Virus record (IMG/VR): IMGVR_UViG_3300020057_000001
Location: 32,001 to 96,000 of that record
DNA length: 64,000 nt
From: a virus
Direction: 5' to 3' (one strand)
In this document: positions 18,608 through 28,801 of the stretch, in pieces
Numbering within the stretch: position 1 is the first letter of the stretch
Layout: the number at the start of each line of letters is the position of its first letter
Program-made: the position numbers and the translations under genes
Notes under the pieces: generated by a model
The model's database searches: none
What the model saw: only the letters and a program-made list of their open reading frames with translations
What the model was told of the DNA's origin: nothing

Positions 18608-19834
18608 ATGCGCGGTAGTTATTTGGATTTATGGAACACAGCAAAAGTGCTCGGTAACTGGTCAAACGAAACGAAACAAGCCGTCGATGCTATCGTGGCG
18701 AACAGAAGCAGATACGAGGAAGTACAGAACAAAACAGGCGTACCTTGGTACATAGTAGCGGTGTTGCACAGCCTCGAGTCGAGCAGAGATTTTGGGTCAT
18801 GGCTTGCGAACGGTGACCCTTTGACAGCTCCCACCGTACACGTTCCCGCAGGGCTCGGTAGAGGAATGTCCTTTCCAGTGTCGTTTGTCAAAGGCTGCGA
18901 AATTAGCCTAGCACACGCGGGTGTCCGTGGTTCCACACATTGGGACGACCTGACTGTGCTTCTCGAAACACTAGAGGCATACAACGGGATGGGATATGTC
19001 CCGCGGCGAATTAATTCGCCCTACCTTTGGTCGGGTACCCAACACTATGCAAAGGGCAAGTATGTCGCTGACGGAGTGTGGGATTCTAACGCTGTCTCTG
19101 CTCAACTCGGCTGTGCCACTCTTCTTAAAGAAATTCAAAACAGGGGGCTCTTGAATATGGCAGACGTTACTCCCGTGGCTACATGGTTTGATTTTCAACG
19201 CGACGCTTCGAGAACAACAGTAATCACTGCGTATGCAGGACCGACACCTGTTGCGCAAGTAAAAACAAACATTAAGAAAGAGATTGTGAGTTTTCTGAAT
19301 AAGTTTCCTCAAGCGGGATCTGTGCTGGTAGGGCTGCAAAGTAAGCCCATCCCTGTGGTAGCCGCTGCTCCCATTGCCGCTCCCATTGCCGCTCCTGTGC
19401 TCAGTTCTGTGAATTCAAAGATGGTCGAGTTTTACAAAGTCAAGTCAAACTACGACAGAGTGTTCGACGATGTCATGCAATGGTACGGTACAACGTCGAA
19501 CGGATGCGTCGCGTTTATGAGCACGGCTTTGCGAATGACAGGGTATTCCGTCCCGATGGGCGAGATCAGTTTGGTAACCACCCCTTTCTCGGACTTCCTT
19601 ATTTCAAAAAGATGGAAGCGGATATCACTTGACCAACTCCTTCCGGGCGACGTCTGTTTCAGTATTGAAACGGACTATCCGGGCTACCCTTCACACACAT
19701 ACTGCTTTCTTAGTTGGGCAAACATCAGCACCAAAACAGCTTGGATTATTGACAATCAGGGTTTTACCCACGAGCGAAACATGCTTGCTAACGGTCCGAA
19801 AGATGCGTTTCAATACGCCCTGAGGGCTGTGTGA
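18608..19834 (+). CDS. Two-domain peptidoglycan hydrolase: lysozyme-like (COG5526 type) plus NlpC/P60/CHAP-like amidase
   Basis: VPWY.VAVLH.LES, NGDPL, YNG.GY, SPYLWSGT..Y..GKYVADG; C-terminal GCVAFMS, PGD, SHT. Confidence 0.8.
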   Translation: MRGSYLDLWNTAKVLGNWSNETKQAVDAIVANRSRYEEVQNKTGVPWYIVAVLHSLESSRDFGSWLANGDPLTAPTVHVPAGLGRGMSFPVSFVKGCEISLAHAGVRGSTHWDDLTVLLETLEAYNGMGYVPRRINSPYLWSGTQHYAKGKYVADGVWDSNAVSAQLGCATLLKEIQNRGLLNMADVTPVATWFDFQRDASRTTVITAYAGPTPVAQVKTNIKKEIVSFLNKFPQAGSVLVGLQSKPIPVVAAAPIAAPIAAPVLSSVNSKMVEFYKVKSNYDRVFDDVMQWYGTTSNGCVAFMSTALRMTGYSVPMGEISLVTTPFSDFLISKRWKRISLDQLLPGDVCFSIETDYPGYPSHTYCFLSWANISTKTAWIIDNQGFTHERNMLANGPKDAFQYALRAV

Positions 19835-20049
19835 GACGAGAAACCTTAGAGACGCTGAAGACCAAAGTCTCGTGCTCCTTTGAGCCGAGTAAGTTCTTAA
19901 GCTTAAACTGGAGCGAAGTTGAACAGTTGAAGAAAGACCTACTCGTAGCCGCTTTAGAGATTTGTAAGGGTAACCAAACCCACGCCGGTGACTTGTTAGG
20001 GATATCCAGCATTTGTGTCTCGAAGCTCCGCGTAGAGTACCACCTCTGA
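19831..20049 (+). CDS. Fis/NtrC-type helix-turn-helix protein
   Basis: LVAALEICKGNQTHAGDLLGIS matches the Fis-family HTH pattern AL....GN...AA..LGIS. Confidence 0.7.
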   Translation: MRRETLETLKTKVSCSFEPSKFLSLNWSEVEQLKKDLLVAALEICKGNQTHAGDLLGISSICVSKLRVEYHL

Positions 20050-20055
20050 ATCCAT

Positions 20056-20076
20056 GTGTCTAAAACATTTAGACAC
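20056..20076. promoter_or_regulatory. Perfect 9-bp inverted repeat, possible operator/UAS
   Basis: gtgtctaaa-aca-tttagacac. Confidence 0.5.
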
Positions 20077-20135
20077 TGGTGAATCCTTATACATCCCTAA
20101 TTATCAAAAACTGAATGAAATTACTCTTGACGCCT

Positions 20136-20151
20136 TGGCACGCCACATGCA
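20136..20151 (+). promoter_or_regulatory. sigma54-type -24/-12 promoter
   Basis: TGGCACGCCACATGCA, GG-N10-GC spacing exact. Confidence 0.55.
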
Positions 20152-20167
20152 ATAGAGGTATTGAGCA

Positions 20168-20749
20168 ATGAAGCTCTTAGGAGAATTTGAAATGTTGAAC
20201 ACACGAGCAATTTTTAACCTATACCCAAAAAACCCCGTCGCTAAAACCGTCCTCGACCACATGACGCTCAAAGGAAAAAACCAAGAAAAGTTTTACGTCG
20301 ACGTATTGGCTAAAGAACTAAAGCTCGGTCGTTCGGACATCATCGAAGTCTTTAAGCTTTTGGAAAAGGACTGCAAAATGGGGTCATGGTTGCGGGGCCG
20401 AGTAACTCCGGGACAGACAAGATTCGAAGCAGTGTATCGGATGGACGACGTAGAAAAGGCGATGCACAACCCAAAATTTGAAGCACCAGAGCCTTATAGG
20501 GCATCTCCGAAGAGGATAGTTTTTACAAAAAAGACGCTCAAGCAAAAGAAGACGCCTCTGCAAGTAGCTCCTCGCGTAGCTCCCGTGGTTGAGCCGCTTC
20601 CAGTTGTAAAAGCGGTCGAGCCTGTCGCTACCGAGCCCGTGCTTATGAACATGCTAGTCATTCGTCCTGGTTTTGTTTTGCAAATTCCTTCTGGGCTTTC
20701 CGAAGCGGAACGTAAGAAAGTGGCTGACTTTGTACAAATAGCGAACTAG
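20168..20749 (+). CDS. Hypothetical protein with probable winged HTH
   Basis: VDVLAKELKLGRSDIIEVFKLLE helix pattern; basic Pro-rich tail. Confidence 0.55.
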   Translation: MKLLGEFEMLNTRAIFNLYPKNPVAKTVLDHMTLKGKNQEKFYVDVLAKELKLGRSDIIEVFKLLEKDCKMGSWLRGRVTPGQTRFEAVYRMDDVEKAMHNPKFEAPEPYRASPKRIVFTKKTLKQKKTPLQVAPRVAPVVEPLPVVKAVEPVATEPVLMNMLVIRPGFVLQIPSGLSEAERKKVADFVQIAN

Positions 20750-20779
20750 AGTACTCAATCAATTAAATACCCGACCTTC

Positions 20780-20797
20780 AGCCCTTAAGGGGCTTTT
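20780..20797 (+). terminator. Intrinsic terminator
   Basis: agccc...gggct followed by T run. Confidence 0.5.
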
Positions 20798-20859
20798 CTG
20801 CGTTTTCATTTAGAAAAGCCTGTGTTAGACTGCAAGTAAAATCTAACAAGAGGTGATGA

Positions 20860-21189
20860 ATGGCAACAGGCGCGTTAGGCAAACCAGTAATTCAAGTAGT
20901 AAGCGGAATCTTTCGGTCACAGCCGCAAGAATACACGCTTACACACAACGCTACATCTGACTGGGGGAGTATAGCAGCAGGTGACCTCTATCAAATTATC
21001 GTATTAGCTTCTGCTCACGGCCTCGGTACAAGCCCAGTTGTAGCCTGTTTTCTCGATACAGGCGCCGGTTTTGTACTAATTATCCCTGACAGCATTACTG
21101 TCGCTGCCAACGGTGACGTCGCAGTTAATGTAAGTCAAGCAGGTATTGACGGGCGCTACAGCGGCCGCATTCAAATCGCTCGGTCATAA
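20860..21189 (+). CDS. Probable virion protein
   Basis: HGLGTSPVV motif common in phage fibre domains; GTAAAAT at 20836. Confidence 0.6.
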   Translation: MATGALGKPVIQVVSGIFRSQPQEYTLTHNATSDWGSIAAGDLYQIIVLASAHGLGTSPVVACFLDTGAGFVLIIPDSITVAANGDVAVNVSQAGIDGRYSGRIQIARS

Positions 21190-21198
21190 GGAGATGTT

Positions 21199-21930
21199 AT
21201 GGCTCGAGTAAAGGGCGATTTAAGCTCTAGGGTAGTGAGCACGAATTCGTTGGCTGTGGGTGTCACCACAAGCGTAACGTCTTCTTCCGGTCAAGTTGTG
21301 CTCAATAATTTTGCAACAGGCGTGCAAACAGCCACGGGCGTCGCGTCCAACTTTTCATTTAAGTTTGCAGCAGCTACACTATTTCCGACGGTGGGCTACC
21401 AGTTCACTATATATAATAAAAGTTCTCAATCTATCTCGGTACTTAACAGCGCAAATACAAGTCTAGTAATTATTCCAAGCGGTTACTCCGTGATTGTGAC
21501 GCTTCGCGACAATACGACGTCTAGCGGAATCTTCGATATTGCTGCTTTTTCTAACACATCCTTCTCCGACACGTCAGCAGAGCAAACGGCTCTTTTTGGG
21601 CGCAGCGGTCTTGTTTCGGTCGACGCGTGGTTGCTTCTGAGTGGGGTGCCGTCAAATTCGGTCGGCTACCGTACTTCTGTGACCACCGCGCGAGTGGTCC
21701 GGTTGTTTACCAACACGGGCGCAGCGAGCACATACACACTGGGCCTTTATTCCCACGACGGTGCCTTGGTAAACTCCTCACTCATAGCGACGTTAGCAGT
21801 CGTAAGTGCCCTTGGCGCAGAAGTCTCTATCTCAGCGAGTGTGGCAAACGGTAAACAACTCGCCGTAAAATTGGAAAGTGGCGCAGTCACGGACGTTCTT
21901 GCGGGCGTAGTTCTGAAAGGACTTGTTTAA
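21199..21930 (+). CDS. Probable virion protein
   Basis: Ser/Thr/Val-rich beta protein; AAGGAG RBS. Confidence 0.6.
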   Translation: MARVKGDLSSRVVSTNSLAVGVTTSVTSSSGQVVLNNFATGVQTATGVASNFSFKFAAATLFPTVGYQFTIYNKSSQSISVLNSANTSLVIIPSGYSVIVTLRDNTTSSGIFDIAAFSNTSFSDTSAEQTALFGRSGLVSVDAWLLLSGVPSNSVGYRTSVTTARVVRLFTNTGAASTYTLGLYSHDGALVNSSLIATLAVVSALGAEVSISASVANGKQLAVKLESGAVTDVLAGVVLKGLV

Positions 21931-21931
21931 C

Positions 21932-24700
21932 ATGTCAAAAATTCTAAAAAATACCACGGGGAGCCCTGTAACGATTACGGATGTGGGAGTGACCATTGGC
22001 GCTAGCAGCCAAATCACACTCGCACCGCAGGACTATCTTCTGTACGCTGCTTCAAGCAACGTGCTGACGTTCATTGGCGCAGGCACAATAGTTGTTAACG
22101 ACGGATCATCTGACCTTAGCATCAACCAGGGCACATCTTTAATACAAGGGAACTTCCCTTCTTCTATATTGAGCAGAACCCAAGACGGAGCGGGCACAGC
22201 GGTAACGTCCACTCTAGTTAGTGGCAAGCAAAGCCTTGACGCAAACATAACAGCTTCCGCTTTGCCAACAGGAGCCGCCACTTCTGCCAATCAGACAACA
22301 ACTAACTCTTCTTTGTCGTCCATCGACACAAAAACACCGGCGCTTGGGCAAGCTCTTGCAGCGGCTTCCCGTCCAGTGGTTCTGACCGCTGCTCAAATTA
22401 CAACTCTCACTCCTCTGACCACAGTAGCATCTACACAATCAGGCACTTGGAACATCACAAACATCACTGGGACAGTCTCTCTTCCCGCAGGTGCCTCTAC
22501 CTCTGCACTACAAACAACTGGCAACGCTTCTTTAAGTTCTATAGACACCAAGACACCTGCTCTTGGGCAAGCCCTTGCGGCTGCCTCGGTGCCCGTTGTT
22601 CTCACAGCAGCTCAAATTACAACTCTCACTCCTCTGGCAACAATTGCGGCTACTCAATCAGGCACTTGGAACATAGCCAACGTCACGGGAACAGTCTCTC
22701 TTCCCACAGGCGCTGCCACGTCTGCACTACAAACGACTGGTAACACTTCTTTATCTTCGCTAGACACCAAGACACCTGCGCTTGGGCAGGCTTTGGCAGC
22801 AGCATCTAGTCCAGTTGTTCTCACAGCCGCTCAAATTACAACGCTCACCCCTTTGACCACAGTGGCTGTGACCCAGAGCACCTCGCCTTGGGTGACCTCA
22901 AGAAACTGGAATCTAGGTAGTGGTACAGACTCAGTGGCTGCGGTGCAGTCGGGCGTTTGGAACGTTACAAATATTTCAGGGACCGTCTCTCTGCCCACGG
23001 GCGCGGCTACGGAAACCACTCTAGCAGCGGCAAGTGCAAAGCTTCCCGCTTCTCTAGGCGCTAAGACAGGCATCACCTCTTTTAGCGTAGTGCCCAATAC
23101 AGACACACCTTTTCCGTCTTCTCAGTCCGGCACTTGGAACATAACCAACGTCACGGGGTCAGTAAGCTTACCCACCGGAGCTTCCACGTCTGCCAGTCAG
23201 ACAACCGGAAACGTGTCCCTAGCAAGCGTCGATGGCAAGCTCACAGCAAGCAACACTTCTCTTGCAAGTATTGACGGGAAAATTACTACCGTGAATACAG
23301 GCGCGGTCGTTATTACCTCCAGCGCATTGCCCGCAGGTGCTGCCACTTCTGCCAACCAGACATTAACTAATGGACCTGTCACCCCAGGCGCTGTGGCAAC
23401 TCAAAGCAACCTAGCGGGCGGACAATTCAACAGGGTAAAACCCGCTGTAACCAATGGGCAGCAGGTCGCTGTTCAAGTAAACTCACGCGGAAATTTGATG
23501 ACCGCATCGGACCTCGAATCACCCAACTTCGATGCAATGAACCGCATGCGTGTGTCCAATCCCGTTCAAATCCTCGGGTACACTTTTTCCCTGTCTGAGC
23601 ATAGTCTTTCATTCAACTACCTCCTAACTACAGCGGGCACAGTCACGCACGTCCCTGACAATGCCTGCCTACGCCTCGCCGCAACTACCGCGTCTGGGAG
23701 CAGCGCCGTGGTTCAGTCAAAAATGTACATACGTTATACTTTGGGCGTGAGCCACGTGGTTCACCAATCGATTGTTGTAGGTGCCGCAAAAGCCAACGTT
23801 AGAAAGCGTTGGGGTTATTTTGACGCAGAAGACGGATTGTTTTTCCAACAAACACTAGCCTCTCTTTCGGTGGTCGTGAGAACTTCCACATCAGGATCAG
23901 CAGTGGATACTGTTATCGACCGAGCAGCATGGAACATTGACTTACTGGATGGCACAGGGCCTTCCGGCTATACCCTCGATGTGACGAGAGGCAACCTTTA
24001 TTTTCTTGACTTTACTTGGCACGGAGCCGCTCGAGTGCGGTTTGGGGTATTGTTCAACGGGCTCAAAGTTTACTGCCATGAATTCGACGGCTCTAATACG
24101 TTTACCGTACCGTACATGAGAACGGCATTTTTGCCGGTGCGTGCGGAAATCACAAATACAGCGGCTACGGCATCTGCGACCTCGCTGGACTTTATCGCAG
24201 GGTCAGTATTTAAAGAAAGCTCAGAGCCATACCTCCCTACATACAACTTCGGGCGTTCTACAGCGAGAACGTTTAAAAATGCGAATGCTACCGCGAGTCC
24301 GTTCCTCAGCATCCGCCCTCGCACCACTTTTGCCACTATCACGAACAGAATCATTACAGAGCCTACTGAGTTTCAGGTGTTTGCCGGTGCGGTTGCGGTA
24401 GTTGCCACTTTAGTTCTGAATCCTACGCTCACAAGTGCCTCGTTTGCAAACGTAAATACTGCGTCTAGTTCGGTTCAGGTTGATACGGCAGCTACGGCTT
24501 TTACAGGCGGGACGGTGATCGGTGACTACCTGATACAGATAAACACCACAGCGACTTTTGACCTTAGGGCCTTTTCGGACGCTATCCTTCTCGGCCTAAA
24601 CATTCCGGGTACAACGGCGGACATTTTAACAATCGTTTTGCAAAGTACAGCGGGTAACTCTAGCTGCGGTGCTGCTTTCAGGTGGGGTGAATTCCAATGA
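21932..24700 (+). CDS. Large virion fibre-like protein with 73-aa repeats and a beta-sandwich C-terminus
   Basis: Repeats LP.GA.TSA.QTT.N.SLSSIDTKTPALGQALAAAS; DAMNRMRVS-type domain. Confidence 0.7.
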   Translation: MSKILKNTTGSPVTITDVGVTIGASSQITLAPQDYLLYAASSNVLTFIGAGTIVVNDGSSDLSINQGTSLIQGNFPSSILSRTQDGAGTAVTSTLVSGKQSLDANITASALPTGAATSANQTTTNSSLSSIDTKTPALGQALAAASRPVVLTAAQITTLTPLTTVASTQSGTWNITNITGTVSLPAGASTSALQTTGNASLSSIDTKTPALGQALAAASVPVVLTAAQITTLTPLATIAATQSGTWNIANVTGTVSLPTGAATSALQTTGNTSLSSLDTKTPALGQALAAASSPVVLTAAQITTLTPLTTVAVTQSTSPWVTSRNWNLGSGTDSVAAVQSGVWNVTNISGTVSLPTGAATETTLAAASAKLPASLGAKTGITSFSVVPNTDTPFPSSQSGTWNITNVTGSVSLPTGASTSASQTTGNVSLASVDGKLTASNTSLASIDGKITTVNTGAVVITSSALPAGAATSANQTLTNGPVTPGAVATQSNLAGGQFNRVKPAVTNGQQVAVQVNSRGNLMTASDLESPNFDAMNRMRVSNPVQILGYTFSLSEHSLSFNYLLTTAGTVTHVPDNACLRLAATTASGSSAVVQSKMYIRYTLGVSHVVHQSIVVGAAKANVRKRWGYFDAEDGLFFQQTLASLSVVVRTSTSGSAVDTVIDRAAWNIDLLDGTGPSGYTLDVTRGNLYFLDFTWHGAARVRFGVLFNGLKVYCHEFDGSNTFTVPYMRTAFLPVRAEITNTAATASATSLDFIAGSVFKESSEPYLPTYNFGRSTARTFKNANATASPFLSIRPRTTFATITNRIITEPTEFQVFAGAVAVVATLVLNPTLTSASFANVNTASSSVQVDTAATAFTGGTVIGDYLIQINTTATFDLRAFSDAILLGLNIPGTTADILTIVLQSTAGNSSCGAAFRWGEFQ
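22262..22870 (+). repeat. 219-bp (73-aa) tandem repeat, about three copies plus degenerate units
   Basis: Unit starts at 22262, 22481, 22700. Confidence 0.85.
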
Positions 24701-24725
24701 TTAACATACAACAGAGGGCGTCATA

Positions 24726-25364
24726 ATGCCGTTTAACATAAATAACGAGAGCAATGTACCAGTCACCTACCAGGGTCAAACAATTGCCCCTGGCGCTTTC
24801 TACACAGTAGCCGACCCCGGAACAGCTTTTGCTCTGGACTACGTGCTTATCAACGATGTGATCTACGGGGACACCTCTATCACGGTGAAGACTGCCACTC
24901 ATAGGGGACAAGACGCGCTCGCCATCCTGTCGACTATCCGCAGCGCGTTTGTGTCTATAACAAGTGCACCCTTGCAATCGCCCTTTGCTGCGAAGAAAAT
25001 CGGAACAAAAAACCTTGTCGCCCGTACAACGGGTGTGAGCTACGCCGTCACCACGGGAGCAACAACCCTCTTGTTCACAATAGCGTATCCCTGGGTAAAA
25101 ATTAACGGCGTCGAGATTATAGGAGCCGTGGTAGGAGATAGTTGCAATTTCAAAGTGTTTGACACGGCTGCGGGTACATATTCCACGATTCCTAATTATC
25201 AGCTCAATCAATTCGGTTTTAATGTTCAAATGGCACCCGGCTTTTACCAACGAATCTCCGACTTCGACGCCGACCTCTATGAGGGCATGGTGCTCCAAGT
25301 CGAATACACCTCGGTCTCAAATAAAAATGTAGGGATAAACTACATACTCACCGAAATGAAATAA
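24726..25364 (+). CDS. Probable virion protein
   Basis: In the structural operon; N-terminus resembles that of 21932. Confidence 0.6.
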   Translation: MPFNINNESNVPVTYQGQTIAPGAFYTVADPGTAFALDYVLINDVIYGDTSITVKTATHRGQDALAILSTIRSAFVSITSAPLQSPFAAKKIGTKNLVARTTGVSYAVTTGATTLLFTIAYPWVKINGVEIIGAVVGDSCNFKVFDTAAGTYSTIPNYQLNQFGFNVQMAPGFYQRISDFDADLYEGMVLQVEYTSVSNKNVGINYILTEMK

Positions 25365-25805
25365 ATGCAAAACGGTGTTGTTTTTCGTAGAAGTAGAAAA
25401 CTAGGGTCGAGATTAATTCGCTGGGGTACCCAAGAAGCTTGGAGCCACTGTGGGGTTATCATAGACAATGAAGCGTATCATTCAGATAGTAGAGGCTGTC
25501 ATGTGTCTACCGTGGAAGAGTTCTGTCTAGGCTCTGAAACGTTTTTCCTTGCCGTCGCCATCACAAAAGAACAAAAAGATAGAGCTATAAAAGCAATAGG
25601 TTATCAATATGATTGGGCAGCTATCGTCTGGTTTGCGATCGTCTTGTTACTGAAAAGAATCGCAATTATCCTACCGACGACTACAGTCAACTCAAAGTGG
25701 CTCGTGTGCTCTGAGTACGCTTCGTACATCTTTTGGGGTAAGGGTCAAACCGTAACTCCTGGCGAGTTTTTAAACCGCGTCCTTGCTGAACAAATCGTAA
25801 AATAG
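25365..25805 (+). CDS. Permuted papain-like amidase (YaeF/YiiX family)
   Basis: WSHCGV (His), YDW, CSEY (Cys) in permuted order. Confidence 0.75.
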   Translation: MQNGVVFRRSRKLGSRLIRWGTQEAWSHCGVIIDNEAYHSDSRGCHVSTVEEFCLGSETFFLAVAITKEQKDRAIKAIGYQYDWAAIVWFAIVLLLKRIAIILPTTTVNSKWLVCSEYASYIFWGKGQTVTPGEFLNRVLAEQIVK

Positions 25806-25865
25806 AGAAAATACCCTCGTTGCAGAATACTCTGCTGTTGCGCTAGACGCAGATAGGAAGACATC

Positions 25866-28229
25866 ATGGCGTTCTTTACTAGAGGTAGCGTCTCCATCCA
25901 ACGCGACCTCGCAATTGGTCGTAATTTGACGATAGTCAATCCGGGCTACGTCCAGTTCAACGACGCAGCTTCAAACTTCATACGTCTTCTTGGTCCAAGC
26001 ACCGTTGTCTCCTCTTACACTATCACTTTGCCTGCCACTGCTCCAGGCACCAATCAAACTTTACAGTTTGACGGGACAAACTATATCTGGTCTTCCGCTG
26101 GGTCGGGTACAGTTACATCTGTAGCCCTCACGGCTCCCGTAGAATTTAGCGTGTCGGGATCGCCTATAACAGGCGCGGGCACACTAGCAATAACCAAGAC
26201 GACACAACCAGCCAACTTTGTTTGGGCGGGACCCGCAACAGGTGGACCGGCGGTGTCTGCGTTTCGTGCGCTTGTTTCAGGAGACATCCCTGTTCTGTCT
26301 TACGTCAGTTCAATCACAGCGGGTACTGGACTTTCGGGCGGAGTAATTACAAGCTCGGGTACTATCAATATAGCCACTACGGGTGTGGCAGCAGCGGCCT
26401 ACGGGTCAGCTTCCTCTGTAGCCACTTTTACAGTGAACACCCAAGGGCAACTCACAACAGCAGCAACCACAGCCATTCAAATTGGTCAGTCGCAAGTTAC
26501 AAGCCTTGTCTCAGACTTAACAGCAAAAGCTGCCACCACCCTTCTGCTAAACACGGGTACTGGGCTTACAGGTGGCGGGGACCTTTCGGCTAACCGCACT
26601 TTCTCCATAGCCAACACGTCCGTAATAGCGGGCTCCTACGGGTCTGCGACTCAATCACCGACGTTTACAGTGAACGCGCAAGGGCAACTAACGATTGCGG
26701 GCAACACGACAATTGCACCTGCTTTCTCTTCGCTCACAAGTACTCCCACTACCCTTGCGGGCTACGGGGTAACCGACGCTATCCAAAACGTCCTGGGTAC
26801 TCCAAGTATCTCTTCTAACGCAATTGCGAGCCGTCCCGTTTTTGGGACGGCGGGTCGTCTTTTTGTTTCGACCGACACAAAGCTGTTATTTCGCGACACG
26901 GGATCAGCATGGGAAGCCATTGCGGGCTCTGTTACGTCGATCGCTACGGGGACCGGACTTACCGGTGGAACGATTACGGGGACAGGGACTATCGCCCTAG
27001 CTGATACTGCGGTAGTAGCTGCCGCTTATGGGTCGGCTTCTGCGGTCGGTACTTTTACAGTAGACGCACAAGGTCGTTTAACAACAGCAGCAACCACAGC
27101 CATTCAAATCGGTCAGTCGCAAGTTACAAGCCTTGTCTCAGACTTAGCAGCAAAAGCTGCCACAGCAACAACAATCACAGCGGGTACTGGGCTTACAGGT
27201 GGCGGGGACCTTTCGGCTAACCGCACTTTCTCCATAACCAACACGGCAGTGACCCTTGGAGCCTACGGGTCTGCTACTCAAACACCTACGTTTACAGTCA
27301 ACGCGCAAGGGCAACTTACAGCCGCTGCAAATGTGCTCATCGCTCCTCTTTTTTCCTCAGTGGCATCGAAACCAACTACCCTTGCGGGCTACGGGATCAC
27401 TGACGGTATTCAAAACGTCCTAGGTACTCCGAGTATCAGCTCAGACCTTATTGCAAACCGCCCTACTTTTGGAACAGCAGGGAGGCTGTTTGTCGGAACG
27501 GACACGGCACTCATTTATAGAGACACGGGCGCTGCGTGGACTGTTCTAAGCCCTTCGTCAGGTGGAACAGTTACATCTGTGGCTTTAAGTCTACCTGCAA
27601 TTTTTACAGTCAGTGGATCGCCCGTCACAACCACTGGCACACTGACAGGGACACTAGCGACACAAACGGCAAACATCATATTTGCGGGGCCTTCAACTGG
27701 CGGAGCTGCTGTTCCGACTTTTCGCTCGCTCGTTTCAGCGGATATCCCAACCTTAGACTTTGCGAAAATAACATCAGGTACGGTACCAGTAGGGCAGGGC
27801 GGGACAGGAATAACCACCACGCCGTCAAACGGGCAGATCCCGATAGGAGACGGAACCACTTACTCGGCGGCGGCTTTAACGGCGGGTATCGGGGTCGCTG
27901 TTACCAACGGTGCCGGTAGCATTACTTTAGCTGCCACAGGAGCTATCCCTGCCACAGTTTCGACAAGTACCTCGTTAACCCTAACCGCAGCTAACTGCGT
28001 CGTCATTCTCACGGCAACTACCGCGAGGTCGGTCACTCTTCCTACGGCGCCCGTAAACGGGTCTCAGATTATGCTTAAAGACGGAGCAGGTACTGCGGCT
28101 ACTGCAAACATTTCGGTTGTAGCTGGTGGCGCGGACACCTTAGAAGCCCTCGGCACGCCGATAGACGCAGATGGAGCTGCGGTGTGCTACGTTTATTTAA
28201 CAAGTACGACAAGGTGGTATGTAATCTAA
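25866..28229 (+). CDS. Tail/virion fibre protein with a 209-aa internal duplication
   Basis: GTGLTGG, YGSA....FTVNAQG repeats; DNA repeat of period 627 bp (26454/27081); GTAAAAT at 25797. Confidence 0.75.
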   Translation: MAFFTRGSVSIQRDLAIGRNLTIVNPGYVQFNDAASNFIRLLGPSTVVSSYTITLPATAPGTNQTLQFDGTNYIWSSAGSGTVTSVALTAPVEFSVSGSPITGAGTLAITKTTQPANFVWAGPATGGPAVSAFRALVSGDIPVLSYVSSITAGTGLSGGVITSSGTINIATTGVAAAAYGSASSVATFTVNTQGQLTTAATTAIQIGQSQVTSLVSDLTAKAATTLLLNTGTGLTGGGDLSANRTFSIANTSVIAGSYGSATQSPTFTVNAQGQLTIAGNTTIAPAFSSLTSTPTTLAGYGVTDAIQNVLGTPSISSNAIASRPVFGTAGRLFVSTDTKLLFRDTGSAWEAIAGSVTSIATGTGLTGGTITGTGTIALADTAVVAAAYGSASAVGTFTVDAQGRLTTAATTAIQIGQSQVTSLVSDLAAKAATATTITAGTGLTGGGDLSANRTFSITNTAVTLGAYGSATQTPTFTVNAQGQLTAAANVLIAPLFSSVASKPTTLAGYGITDGIQNVLGTPSISSDLIANRPTFGTAGRLFVGTDTALIYRDTGAAWTVLSPSSGGTVTSVALSLPAIFTVSGSPVTTTGTLTGTLATQTANIIFAGPSTGGAAVPTFRSLVSADIPTLDFAKITSGTVPVGQGGTGITTTPSNGQIPIGDGTTYSAAALTAGIGVAVTNGAGSITLAATGAIPATVSTSTSLTLTAANCVVILTATTARSVTLPTAPVNGSQIMLKDGAGTAATANISVVAGGADTLEALGTPIDADGAAVCYVYLTSTTRWYVI

Positions 28230-28378
28230 GGTTTTTTGGTCAGTTCTTCCATTAGACGCTTTACCTGTTCCGTGGAGTGTTTAAGCTGTTTGATACGTTC
28301 CTCTAAGGTCATGTGAGGAGGCGGTTCTTTGATTTCTTTGGTTTTTTTCCATGCGTCTAAACTAATCACTTTTGTCAT
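28226..28378 (-). CDS. Small protein starting MTKVISLDAWKK, C-terminal coiled coil
   Basis: ATG at 28378; N-terminus shared with 29804..30088. Confidence 0.55.
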   Translation of the reverse strand: MTKVISLDAWKKTKEIKEPPPHMTLEERIKQLKHSTEQVKRLMEELTKKP

Positions 28379-28501
28379 GCGGAACCCTAAGGTATTGGGA
28401 CGGTTGAGTATTTTTGAAACCTGTAGTGGGATACGATTAACTTTACAATTCACTGACGCGTGCGGTAAAATGTGAAAAGACTTTACAACTAGGAGACTAT
28501 A

Positions 28502-28801
28502 ATGCCAATTACTTCAGATACACAACAAAGACTCGAAATCGCTCTTGCTAGCTCTACAGCCGCGGCTGACCTTCTCGCCTTAGCAAGTGCTGGTTCAGTT
28601 ATTGCCCAGACTCCCCCTGCGGCAGCACCTACGTTTACCCCCGCATCTGCTCTCACAGGTGTTGACGGTACAGGAAGCAACGCAGCTCCTTTGGCTGGAA
28701 CTAACACACGCCTCGGTGGTCATGACACCCAAATCGTAGCTTTGACCTCTTTGGTCAACAGCTTGCGGACTAAGTTGATTGACGCTGGAATTCTCGTTTA
28801 A
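28502..28801 (+). CDS. Small probable virion (head fibre-like) protein
   Basis: C-terminal VNSLRTKLIDAGIL motif; AGGAG RBS; GTAAAAT at 28465. Confidence 0.6.
   Translation: MPITSDTQQRLEIALASSTAAADLLALASAGSVIAQTPPAAAPTFTPASALTGVDGTGSNAAPLAGTNTRLGGHDTQIVALTSLVNSLRTKLIDAGILV

Noticed and set aside
11054-28000. Numerous antisense and alternate-frame ORFs over the fibre genes
   Set aside because: Expected from Ala/Ser/Thr/Gly codon bias; no RBS or motifs, unlike the MTase beta frame
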